Source of the DNA: an uncultured Pseudomonadales bacterium
GTDB lineage: Bacteria > Pseudomonadota > Gammaproteobacteria > Pseudomonadales > Pseudohongiellaceae
Assembly (NCBI GenBank): GCA_943789485.1
Contig: CALSUH010000013.1
Location: forward strand, 60,824-124,823
Direction: 5' to 3'
DNA length: 64,000 nucleotides
Both the position numbers and the translations under genes were made by a program. A model generated the notes under the pieces. The model worked only from the letters and a program-made list of their open reading frames with translations, was not told where the DNA came from and searched no databases. Below are positions 16,743-25,971 of this stretch, piece by piece; the first letter of the stretch is position 1; each line of letters begins with the position of its first letter.

Positions 16743-17876
16743 CTAGTCTATGACACGATAGCCCGAAGGGGTGTATTCAATAGAGCTGGGGAAGTCCAAT
16801 TCCTCGATTTTTGAATGCCCTACGAAGACTGCATCTTCAACTTCTCTATTAGCGCCATAACGTCGCATGAATTCATTCTCAGATTCTCGATCTGGCACTT
16901 GACCGGTAAGCGCCATGCGGATCACCTCGGCGACTTCCTCAGGATTGTCCCGCTGTGGATAGTGTCCCGCAGCTGGCAGTACCCAAAAGCTACTCTCGAC
17001 CTCCCTGTCATTTAGATAAGTGTTCCATACATGATTGGAAATTCGAACGGGATTCACGTTATCGGCTAATCCCCAAAGATAAGCCACGGGCACGGGGCTG
17101 CGTAGCAAATTCTCCAGCCAACTCACTTCCCTCACCTGCCGTTCTAACAAATAACGGCCAACATAGATCAAGGAAATATTCCCCTGATTGAACGCGAAGA
17201 TATCGGAGTAGGCAAGTGCTTCCTGCTCGCCTTCGGTCCGCCTGGGTTGTGCTGAACGAAATGCAATCATTTGCTCGGCGGTATCGACATCGAGCATCCT
17301 CATTTGTGCGGGCGACAGATTGGCCAGTGGGAGAAACATGCCACTGTTCGATAAAAAGTGATAATTAATGGTGTAACCCGGGTCAGGGTTATCCAGGTAA
17401 TTGCCGATAAAGGCCAGCCCTATACTCACGCCGCGATCATGGGTATAGAGTGCGAAATCCTCAAATCCGACCACTTCACGCACGAAGTAGTCTACGATTT
17501 GTGCATTCTCTGCCAGCATATAATTGTAGCCATCGAGCGGTTTATCAGAGAACCCAGAACCAGGAAAATCCAGCACAGCGATATGATACTCGTCTTCAAG
17601 GAAAGGAATCATCTTGTAGTAATCGAAGCTAGAATTCGGGAAGCCATGAATCAGCACCACCTTCGGTTTAGTTTCGTCTCCCCAAGTCCTATAGAAAATA
17701 TTTACTGTGGCGTCGTTATTGTCTTCGGTGGTTGAAGTCCACTCGAAATAATCTCCGCCCTGATACCAGTCTCGCGCCAGATCAGAATAGAAAACAAAGT
17801 CATCATCCTGTGCTAACAACGCTTGGAAGCTGAACAGCAGTAAGAAGAGCAGCGATGCCTTTCTTGTTAAAGTCAT
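16743..17876 (-). CDS. Secreted alpha/beta hydrolase, epoxide-hydrolase/haloalkane-dehalogenase-like
   Basis: 377 aa. Signal LFSFQALLAQD, oxyanion motif VVLIHGFPNSSFDY, Asp nucleophile context LYTHDRGVSIG, C-terminal AAGHYPQ. Confidence 0.8.
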   Translation of the reverse strand: MTLTRKASLLFLLLFSFQALLAQDDDFVFYSDLARDWYQGGDYFEWTSTTEDNNDATVNIFYRTWGDETKPKVVLIHGFPNSSFDYYKMIPFLEDEYHIAVLDFPGSGFSDKPLDGYNYMLAENAQIVDYFVREVVGFEDFALYTHDRGVSIGLAFIGNYLDNPDPGYTINYHFLSNSGMFLPLANLSPAQMRMLDVDTAEQMIAFRSAQPRRTEGEQEALAYSDIFAFNQGNISLIYVGRYLLERQVREVSWLENLLRSPVPVAYLWGLADNVNPVRISNHVWNTYLNDREVESSFWVLPAAGHYPQRDNPEEVAEVIRMALTGQVPDRESENEFMRRYGANREVEDAVFVGHSKIEELDFPSSIEYTPSGYRVID

Positions 17877-17920
17877 AATGTGAACCTACTGTTTTTAAAG
17901 TGATTACGTGCTGAGTCGGA

Positions 17921-18889
17921 TTAGCGATCGGCCAATCGACCAGAGCCGCCTAGCTCATAATAGACGATAGGAACAAAATCTACCGGCCCCCAGCCAGGGT
18001 CATCGGTCCACTGGGCATCATAGGCAGCAGTCGGTTGTGCCGCCATCACCGCGTCCAATTTCTTCCCTTCTCGGATCATGCTAAGAACCTGCCCTTGAAT
18101 GTCGAGAATCATGTCACGAAATTCCACCAGCTCATCTCGACCAACCACTTCTAGGCCGTGACCGGGTATAATTTTTGTGTTTGGGCCGGATAAATCGATA
18201 GCCCGATCGATTGCAGCGATTGTTCCTCTCAGGGTGCCACCGTTGTAGATATCGATAATCGGATAGCTGGTGGTGCGGTATACATCGCCAAGATGGAGCA
18301 CGTCGGATTCTGCAAAGTAGACGAAGCTATCTCCATCTGTATGGGCCGGAGGTGCCAGAAAAGCTCGAACCTCTTCGCCATTAAGATGGAAGCTCATGGT
18401 GTCGTTGTAAGTTATTAGCGGTCTAGCTGCGGCAGGTTGCGCAGGAGCGAAACTGCCTCCGGCTCTTGGGTAGCGACTTCTCTCCTCGAAAAAACGCAGG
18501 CGCGTGTTGTCATGGGCGAAAGATCAGCACGCCTCATCGTCTGCCAGGTTTGCATTGCCGCCTACGTGATCGACATGGATATGGGTGTTGACCAGGTATC
18601 CGAATGTCTTCCTCGGTCACCTCGCTGCACGAGCCGCTACCAAGGCTGTCCGTCATTGCGGTGCGAACAGGGAGTCCACCAGCGAGTACTCCGTCGGGAC
18701 CAACTTGAACGCACCGATGTTACCGCCGCCCGCCCGGGCGCTGTACCATGTAAACATTGCCGGCGACGAGGGTTATGGTAAGTTCCACCCCGGCAAAATT
18801 CCCCTGACCATAAGTGAGGCTGGTAGTAGCTGATAACCAGAGAGATGTTACGGTGAATAACAGTATTTTGCGTAGCTTTCCCATCTTCA
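17921..18889 (-). pseudogene. Exported MBL-fold metallo-hydrolase, heavily disrupted
   Basis: The intact terminal ORF is 17921..18397. Upstream, the family sequence is readable only by switching between two frames: MKMGKLRKILLFTVTS / SWLSATTSLTYGQGNFAGVELTITLVAGNVYMVQRPGG / GGGNIGAF .. LVDSLFAP / MTDSL / YLVNTHIHVDHVGGNANLADD / IFAHDNTRLRFFEE..TYNDTMSFHLNGEE. The frame shared by ATG 18889 and the terminal ORF contains stops at 18773-18775, 18653-18655, 18617-18619 and 18524-18526. Confidence 0.75.
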
Positions 18890-19443
18890 TTTCCTGCCCC
18901 TTACTAGGAGTGTGTATTCACAATGCATTTCGATGGCTGTGACCCGTGGTGCCTAGCATAAACCCTTGGCATTGCATTCCATTACTGACCACTACAAGAA
19001 ACCCGCGTCGCGCCAATAAGTTGATAAACTGTTAGACTCCCCCTTAGCTATTCATCTTATGGGAAGTTCACTTCCTAATCAATTTCCTGGCATATTTGAA
19101 ATAATTAGCTGGAGAGTTCTTGGTAAGGTTACGCTAGAGCACAGGAAAATTTTAGAAGGCTAGACTGCTACGTTTTACGACTTTGCCGGTGGTTTCCAGA
19201 AAAGCTAAATCAACTTATTATTCAATTCGCTTAAAGTGCTTTTAGGCACACAACAAGCACATGAGTTAATGAAGATTAGAAACCTAGGTGATTGACCAAA
19301 TGCCCCAATGCCCTGAATTTCTACGCTGGCTTGCAACACAAATTGCTGGCGCTTCAAAAAAGCGCGGTGCATACCGCTATTAGTATAATATCGACGGCCT
19401 TAGCTGACTGGATTAACCAAAAAAATCTTCTTAGGAACGCATT

Positions 19444-20109
19444 ATGATACAAAAAGACACACCTGAACTTCGCCAGTCCATTATAGATGCCTGTTTATGG
19501 ATGAATAGCTCTGGTCTGAATCAAGGTACATCTGGAAATATTAGCATCCGCGCGGCCGAAGGTATTTTGATAACACCCAGTAGCTTACCTTACGAAGAAA
19601 CCCGCCCTGAAGACATCATGTTGTTACCCGGTGATGATTTATCCGGTGATGCTGTGGGTCAGCATCGTCCGTCTTCCGAATGGAAAGTCCACGCAGACAT
19701 ATACGATGCGCGTGATGACATTCACTCAGTTGTTCATACTCATTCCACTTATGCAACGGCGCTCTCTATGCTTCGCGAAGACATTCCAAGCGTGCACTAC
19801 ATGATCGGCATTTTTGGTGGTGATAGCGTTCGATGCGCGGACTATGCCCATTACGGCAGTCAGCAACTGTCTGATAACGCCCTCATCGCATTGAAAGACA
19901 GAACAGCTTGTTTACTAGGTACCCACGGTATGATTGCCTGCGGTGGAGATTTGAAACAAGCTATGTGGCGAGCAGGAGAACTCGAAGCACTTTGTCAGCA
20001 ATATCATCTAGCCTGTCAACTGGGTAAGCCTCATGTTTTAACTTCGCAACAGATAAAAGAGGTGAGGGAGCGTATGGAAACCGGTTACGGTGTGTGGCCA
20101 AAGAAATGA
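19444..20109 (+). CDS. Class II aldolase/adducin-family protein (FucA / MtnB / Ald2-like)
   Basis: 221 aa: GLNQGTSGNISIR, ITPSSLPYEE, SVVHTHSTYATALS, LLGTHGMIACG. This superfamily contains both methylthioribulose-1-P dehydratase and aldolases. Confidence 0.8.
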   Translation: MIQKDTPELRQSIIDACLWMNSSGLNQGTSGNISIRAAEGILITPSSLPYEETRPEDIMLLPGDDLSGDAVGQHRPSSEWKVHADIYDARDDIHSVVHTHSTYATALSMLREDIPSVHYMIGIFGGDSVRCADYAHYGSQQLSDNALIALKDRTACLLGTHGMIACGGDLKQAMWRAGELEALCQQYHLACQLGKPHVLTSQQIKEVRERMETGYGVWPKK

Positions 20110-20179
20110 CTCGATTCCGATTGACTGAATTTTTTATCTCACTGATTTGAACAGACTAGATTGAATAGACCCCAAAGGA

Positions 20180-21272
20180 GTGAATACTCAATTGAATAAG
20201 CAAAGTGACGGTTGCTCTCCGGCTGAACAGGAAGGAGCTTATGAACTGCTGCCGTTCATCCTGAACCCAAGTAATATCGCACGATTTGAAGCCGGAAAAG
20301 TTATCATTGGTGACCGCCGCGCTTATCCGTTTTCCAAATCATTCGTTACTTGCGAAACTGTTGATGAGGTCGCGACTGCGATCAAAGATATGGTGACCCA
20401 AGGTAGTGGTCCATGGCTCTGTGCGGTCCACGCTTTGAGGATTGTCGCCTGCAAACATGCACTAGCCGCTTCCGACAGTCCGAAAAAACTACTCTCAGAA
20501 TTACGACAAGCCCGAGACATACTTGTGGTTACTCGCCCAACCAACACCGCAATAAGACTTCGTCTGGATGAAGTGCTCAGCAAGGCGACAGATGCGATTA
20601 ACAACAAGCAAAGTGCTGATAAATCTATCGAAGCGTCAATTAAGCAGATACTGCAAGGCATCTATGACGATTACGCGACCAGAGCCCGAGCCATGGCAGA
20701 GCTTATCGAAAATGGAGACGGCATTCTGACCAACTGTTTTGGTGAGGCGGGGGTTCATTCTTGCGCTGGCATTTGCAGCCAGAGACGGAAAAAAAATAAC
20801 AGTTTATACGCCTGAAACACGGCCCTATTTTCAAGGCGCCAAACTTACTGCACCGTCGATACTCGAAATTGGTGTCGAGGTTAATCTCATCACTGACAAT
20901 ATGCCTGCACATATCATGTCCGAGGGTAAAATCCAGAAATACATCACTGCGACTGACCTCATTACAGTTGATGGGCATGTCGTCAACAAGATCGGCACCT
21001 TCCAGAATGCCATCGCAGCCCATGCTCACAATATTCCATTCTTTGCCTTCGCCTGGGGTCGAGATGATAGTAAAATTGCCCGGGATGATATCGAAATAGA
21101 GGAGCGCAACCCTGCAGAAATTAAACTTGCACTAGGCACGCCAACGACTATCGATAGCATCAATGCCCTCTATCCAACCTTTGACATCACACCACCGAAA
21201 TATGTTTCAGGGATTGTAACGATTCACGGGATTCTCAGTCCCTACACATTGAATAACTACCAAACTTGGTAG
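20180..21272 (+). pseudogene. eIF-2B alpha/beta/delta-like sugar-1-phosphate isomerase (MtnA-like) with one +1 frameshift
   Basis: ORFs 20180..20815 and 20739..21272 overlap. The readable protein switches frame in gcGGGGGt (about 20748-20753): ..GILTNCFGEAG / FILALAFAARDGKKITVYTPETRPYFQGAKLTAPSILEIGV..VDGHVVNKIGTFQNAIAAHAHNIPFFAF..IEIEERNPAEI. The likely true start is the in-frame TTG at 20192, after AAGGAG. Confidence 0.7.
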
Positions 21273-21302
21273 TGCACAGCGTTTAGAAACAAAGGAGTTA
21301 GT

Positions 21303-22055
21303 ATGCCCGCAGCCATCATGGGGGGAACCGGAGTCTATAATTTGCCCGATGTTGAAGTTGAAGCAAGAGAAATGGTCAATGACTACGGTACAGCGCAAGT
21401 CTTTATGGGCAAAAGTGCCCATGAAGATATCGTCTTTTTGACGCGGCATGGTCGTGATCACTCCACCCCCCCACACAAAGTAAATTATCGAGCGAACATC
21501 CAAGCGCTCAAAGATCTGGGTGTTAGGCGAATAATGTCAACCTACGCAGTGGGCTCTATCACTGCAGATTACCCCGTGTTGGATCTTGCGGTGATTCGTG
21601 ACTTTCTTGATTTCACCCACGGCAGGGCATTCTCGTTTTTTGAAGATTTAGAGCGAGCTGTAGGACATGTTGAAATGAGCAAACCATTTTGCCCTGTCAT
21701 GAGCAACAAACTGATGTCTCTGGCATCTAAACATAATATCAAGTGTCGCGATGGTGCTACTTATGTCGCAACCAATGGCCCTCGATTTGAATCACCCGCT
21801 GAAATTAAAATGTACCAAATGCTAGGCGGACATGTTGTTGGCATGACCTGCTGTCCTGAGGTATATCTGGCAGGAGAATTAGGAATGAGTTTCGCTGCGC
21901 TTGCTTTGCCTATTAACCTTGCCGCGGGCTTAGAAGAAAAAATCACTCTTGCTGAAGACAATATCGATGAGGTTCGAGAGAACATGATCAAGTTAATGAT
22001 TGATGTGCTTCACAGTACAAACGATGACGAGTGCACCCCTCCGATATTGTTATGA
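21303..22055 (+). CDS. mtnP: S-methyl-5'-thioadenosine phosphorylase-type purine nucleoside phosphorylase
   Basis: 250 aa: IMGGTGVY, VFLTRHGRDHSTPPHKVNYRANIQALKDLGV, VATNGPRFESPAEIKMY, GHVVGMT. Confidence 0.75.
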   Translation: MPAAIMGGTGVYNLPDVEVEAREMVNDYGTAQVFMGKSAHEDIVFLTRHGRDHSTPPHKVNYRANIQALKDLGVRRIMSTYAVGSITADYPVLDLAVIRDFLDFTHGRAFSFFEDLERAVGHVEMSKPFCPVMSNKLMSLASKHNIKCRDGATYVATNGPRFESPAEIKMYQMLGGHVVGMTCCPEVYLAGELGMSFAALALPINLAAGLEEKITLAEDNIDEVRENMIKLMIDVLHSTNDDECTPPILL

Positions 22056-22107
22056 GGCAGCCCTTGCTTGGATAAAAAATTAGATTACAAAAATTGAGAG
22101 ACTAGAT

Positions 22108-23367
22108 ATGGCGACCAAAAAAATAAAACCCTCCCATGGCATGGGCACAATTGTTAATCATGTGGGAGAAGGTGGCCATGATAAACACGCGCATTTGATG
22201 CCAATTTATCAGACGTCTACCTTTGGTTTTGACACAGTCCAGGAAGCGGGTGAAGTTTTTGCCGGCAGGAAGAAGGGTTACGCTTATACGCGCACCCATA
22301 ATCCGAACATGGATCACCTTGCCAATAAGATTGCCTATATGGAAGGTATCGATCTAATCAAATTGAATCCAGATGTCGATCCTTCGGAGATCGTACTAGG
22401 CAAAGTGACTTCATCAGGTATGGGAGCAACATCAGCTGCTGTTCTAGGGAGGATTGGTGCCGGTGATAAGGCGATTGTTCAGCGTGGCTTGTATGGCAAT
22501 AGTTTTAAGTGGTGGTATCAGTTAGCACCACGGCTTGGGATTGAAGTTGTCTGGTTTTCTGATGTGAGCCCGGAGAGTCTCGAACAGACCATTGAGCAAC
22601 ATAGCGACGCGAAACTAATTTTTCTCGAAACACCATCAAACCCTAATATCGAAGTGGTTGATCTGCAGCAATTGGTAACTGCCGCCCATAAACATGGAAT
22701 TTGGGTCATGGTTGACAACACCTTTGCCACACCCTACCACCAGCGACCCCTGACCTTTGGCTGTGATGTGGTCATCCATTCCACATCGAAGTACATCAGT
22801 GGCCATGGGCAAGTCATTGGCGGTGCAATTGTCAGTACGCACCTTGATTACATGGCGCCGGGTGGCAGTGGGGTTGGGTTAACGTACAAAATGTTAGGGG
22901 TAGCGCCAAGCCCTCAGGACACATGGCTAATAAATGTTGGTCTAAAAACCTTTGAGGTTCGAATGCAAAGGCACGCAGAGAATGCACTCGCTGTTGCTAC
23001 CTGGTTACAGGCTCAACCAGAAGTTGAAGAGGTCTTTTATCCTGGGCTACCGGACAACCCTTACCACGAACTCGCGAAGAAACAGATGATCAACGGTTTT
23101 GGCGGCATGGTGTCGTTCAAAGTAGCCGGCGGTGTTGAAAACAGCATGGCCTTTACTAATGCGGTGACGATACCAACGCTAGCTGTGAGCCTGGGTAATG
23201 TAGATAGCTTAATTCAACATCCGGCAAGTATGACTCACAGCGCAACACCAAAAGAAGAAAGAGAAAAAGCTGGAATTACAGACAATATCGTCAGGCTTTC
23301 GGTGGGTATCGAGAACATTGAGGATTTAATCGAAGATCTTGATAATGCGCTAAAGCTGACTTCCTAA
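22108..23367 (+). CDS. Cys/Met-metabolism PLP-dependent enzyme (O-acetylhomoserine sulfhydrylase / methionine gamma-lyase-like)
   Basis: 419 aa: PIYQTSTF, YTRTHNPN, the PLP-lysine context VVIHSTSKYISGHG, and C-terminal IVRLSVGIENIEDLIEDL. Confidence 0.8.
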   Translation: MATKKIKPSHGMGTIVNHVGEGGHDKHAHLMPIYQTSTFGFDTVQEAGEVFAGRKKGYAYTRTHNPNMDHLANKIAYMEGIDLIKLNPDVDPSEIVLGKVTSSGMGATSAAVLGRIGAGDKAIVQRGLYGNSFKWWYQLAPRLGIEVVWFSDVSPESLEQTIEQHSDAKLIFLETPSNPNIEVVDLQQLVTAAHKHGIWVMVDNTFATPYHQRPLTFGCDVVIHSTSKYISGHGQVIGGAIVSTHLDYMAPGGSGVGLTYKMLGVAPSPQDTWLINVGLKTFEVRMQRHAENALAVATWLQAQPEVEEVFYPGLPDNPYHELAKKQMINGFGGMVSFKVAGGVENSMAFTNAVTIPTLAVSLGNVDSLIQHPASMTHSATPKEEREKAGITDNIVRLSVGIENIEDLIEDLDNALKLTS

Positions 23368-23389
23368 ATCCGCAAAAAAGAGAATCACT

Positions 23390-24706
23390 ATGCATCACGC
23401 AACAGGCGGAAAATTGCTGGGGTTTTGGGACCTGATGAGTATCTCTGTGGGGCAGATCATTGGCACCGGAGTTGTAGTTTTGACAGGTGTTAGCATCAGT
23501 ATGACTGGGTATGGTGCGCCATGGGCATTTGTACTTGCGTTTGGCATTGTCGCTATACCGACAGTCTGCATTGCAGCTTTGGGTTCGGCTATACCCAGTA
23601 CCGGCGGAAACTATACCTATGTTAGAGATCTCTTGGGTAGTCGAACTTCGTTTTTCTATTTGTCACTACTCATTGTTGGTCAACTTATTTTATCCAGTTT
23701 CGCCATCGGGTTTGCTGAATATGCCGAAGCACTAATTCCAGGTATCGACCTTGCTATCGTGGCTGCGGCAATAATGATTCTATGTTTTTTCACAAATCTA
23801 TTCGGGATAAAAACAGCAGCTAGATTTCAGACTGTGATGGTCTTAGGTTTACTCGTCTCATTGATACTTTATATCGTGTTCGGCATGGCGCATATTGAGG
23901 ACTACTCGCCCTACACTGCCATCCCTACCGTGATGCCTAACGGGTTTGGCGGTTTCTTTGCTGCCGCTTTCCTGTTGCGGCTCAGCCTGATCGGTTCTGA
24001 ATTCATTTCTGAGTTTGGCGATGAAATGGAGAATCCAGGAAAGATGATTCCGCTAGTGATGGGGCTGTCGCTGGCGATTGTTGTTGTGCTCTATACCTTC
24101 ATCGCGGTAGTCGCCACCGGCGTATTGCCACTAGAGGAAATAGCGGGCAAGAATCTCGCTGCGACTGCAGAGATCATATTCTCTCCTCCCGTTTACGTGG
24201 CTTTTATTGGTGGCGGTATTATGATTTCCTTAGTGACATCCCTCAACGCGATTTTCGGCTGGTGTACCCGTGGCTTATATAGGGCGACAGAGGATGGTTG
24301 GTTGCCACCGAAGCTAGCTGCGGTGAATCGACATGGTGTTCCTTACATTTATTTGACCGTGTTTTTTCTCATTGGTATTACACCAATTCTAACGGGCATG
24401 ACCTTGGATTACGTCGCTATTTTAGGTAATGCTGTAGGCGCCATCTTTGGGCTATTCCCTGTATTCGCGCTTTTCAATCTGGCTAAAAGAAATCCGGAGG
24501 CCTATCGGAATGCACCCTTCCGGCTGCCGCTTTGGGCGACAAAATCGTTTCCAATTCTGGCTGTCATCATTTATGGCTACGGAATCTACTCTTCCTGGGA
24601 TTTTATTGGAAATACTGGGTGGCTTCTCCTACTTGGCTATAGCACTGTCGTACTTATCTATATCCAGCTTCGCACACCTTATGTTGCGCAGCTAAGGGAA
24701 CACTAG
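23390..24706 (+). CDS. APC-superfamily amino-acid/polyamine permease
   Basis: 438 aa, about 12 hydrophobic helices. N-terminal GQIIGTGVVVLTG and SAIPSTGGNYTY are typical of APC permeases. Confidence 0.8.
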   Translation: MHHATGGKLLGFWDLMSISVGQIIGTGVVVLTGVSISMTGYGAPWAFVLAFGIVAIPTVCIAALGSAIPSTGGNYTYVRDLLGSRTSFFYLSLLIVGQLILSSFAIGFAEYAEALIPGIDLAIVAAAIMILCFFTNLFGIKTAARFQTVMVLGLLVSLILYIVFGMAHIEDYSPYTAIPTVMPNGFGGFFAAAFLLRLSLIGSEFISEFGDEMENPGKMIPLVMGLSLAIVVVLYTFIAVVATGVLPLEEIAGKNLAATAEIIFSPPVYVAFIGGGIMISLVTSLNAIFGWCTRGLYRATEDGWLPPKLAAVNRHGVPYIYLTVFFLIGITPILTGMTLDYVAILGNAVGAIFGLFPVFALFNLAKRNPEAYRNAPFRLPLWATKSFPILAVIIYGYGIYSSWDFIGNTGWLLLLGYSTVVLIYIQLRTPYVAQLREH

Positions 24707-24862
24707 CAATTTACGAATCTAATAACAGCTAAGAGGACACTAAAGCACTGCGCTTTCGGCCAATATTACTTGACCACTACAGCGCCAATTATTTTTTGGT
24801 TGATTAGTTCTGTGCAAGATACTAACGTAAGCCTCATACCCTGAAAAATAGGCTGAGATCCC

Positions 24863-25900
24863 ATGAAAACTCAATTATTGATACTTATTTCAATCGTGTT
24901 AGCCCCAATTAGTATCTCCCTCGCCCAGACGGTAGAGGACTATGTTGCGCCCAAAACGGAGTGGGGCCAGCCCGATTTGCAGGGGGTCTGGAATTTCAAT
25001 TCCAGCACGCCGATGCAGCGACCCCAGCGCTTCGGCACCCAAGAATTTCTAACGCCAGAAGAAGTAGAGCAAGACCGTGTCCGGCAAGAAGAACAGCGCA
25101 TCGCCGCCGATGCGGCGGAAGCCGAGCTTGTGCTGAACCCTCAAGCACCGCCGGTTGGCGATAATCCCGGTGGATATAACAATTTCTGGTATGAGACCGG
25201 GGGCATCGGCGAAAACGTTCGCACGTCGCTTATCGTCTATCCAACAGACGGCCGGTTTCCGGATCGGGTCGAAGGCGTTGCGGTGCATACCGCAAACCTC
25301 GGGGACGATGTTGAGGGCGATAGGCCAGTGCTTGCCGTCTTCGGCGGCATTGGCAAGGACGGACCAGAAGACCGTGGTTTATCAGAGAGATGCTTAATAG
25401 GCTTCAATGCTGGACCTCCATTTACCGGCGGTGGCTACAATGCAAATGTGCAGATTTTTCAGAACAAAGACCATGCGGTAATCATGACCGAGATGGTTCA
25501 CGATGCCCGCATCGTCCCTTTGGATGACCGTGGAATGCTCGATGATGATATTCGCCAGTGGTCAGGTGATTCTCGTGGCTACTGGGACGGTGATTCCCTG
25601 GTGGTGACGACCAGAAATTTCACCGATCTCACACCTAGCTTCAGTCGCTTTGGAAACGCCAAAGACAAGATGCTCACCGAGCGATTTACGCGTACAGATC
25701 AATTCACAGTTGAGTACGAGTGGACGCTAGAAGATCCTTCCACTTTTACGGATAAGATTGTTGCGACGATGCCTATGACTAAAGTGGGAGGTATCTTGTA
25801 TGAATATGGCTGCCATGAAGGCAACTACGGCATGCAAAATATTCTTCGTGGGGAACGCATGCTCGAGCGTCGTGCAGCTGCGGGAGAGAGTGGAAATTAA
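24863..25900 (+). CDS. Secreted protein, unknown function
   Basis: 345 aa with Sec signal MKTQLLILISIVLAPISISLAQ. No motif I can place. Confidence 0.65.
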   Translation: MKTQLLILISIVLAPISISLAQTVEDYVAPKTEWGQPDLQGVWNFNSSTPMQRPQRFGTQEFLTPEEVEQDRVRQEEQRIAADAAEAELVLNPQAPPVGDNPGGYNNFWYETGGIGENVRTSLIVYPTDGRFPDRVEGVAVHTANLGDDVEGDRPVLAVFGGIGKDGPEDRGLSERCLIGFNAGPPFTGGGYNANVQIFQNKDHAVIMTEMVHDARIVPLDDRGMLDDDIRQWSGDSRGYWDGDSLVVTTRNFTDLTPSFSRFGNAKDKMLTERFTRTDQFTVEYEWTLEDPSTFTDKIVATMPMTKVGGILYEYGCHEGNYGMQNILRGERMLERRAAAGESGN

Positions 25901-25910
25901 TTATTTGGGG

Positions 25911-25946
25911 TCAGAATAAATAGTCGGTACTGACTATTTATTCTGA
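25911..25946. terminator. AT-rich 15-bp perfect hairpin between convergent genes
   Basis: TCAGAATAAATAGTC (25911-25925), loop ggtact, GACTATTTATTCTGA (25932-25946). It lies between the + stop at 25900 and the - stop at 25972. There is no U-tract on either side. Confidence 0.45.
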
Positions 25947-25971
25947 TCACATTAACACTATCTAAACAGGA

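Noticed and set aside
18437-18833. Plus-strand ORFs 18437..18781 and 18585..18833.
   Set aside because: They are antisense shadows of the decayed MBL-fold gene, whose family sequence is readable on the minus strand across the same DNA.
19300-19443. A SAM-type riboswitch or leader upstream of the methionine-salvage-like cluster.
   Set aside because: I see only a simple hairpin (GCGCTT-caaaa-AAGCGC, 19349-19365) and a perfect TATAAT (19384-19389). I cannot match any SAM riboswitch consensus from memory, and a covariance-model scan would be needed.
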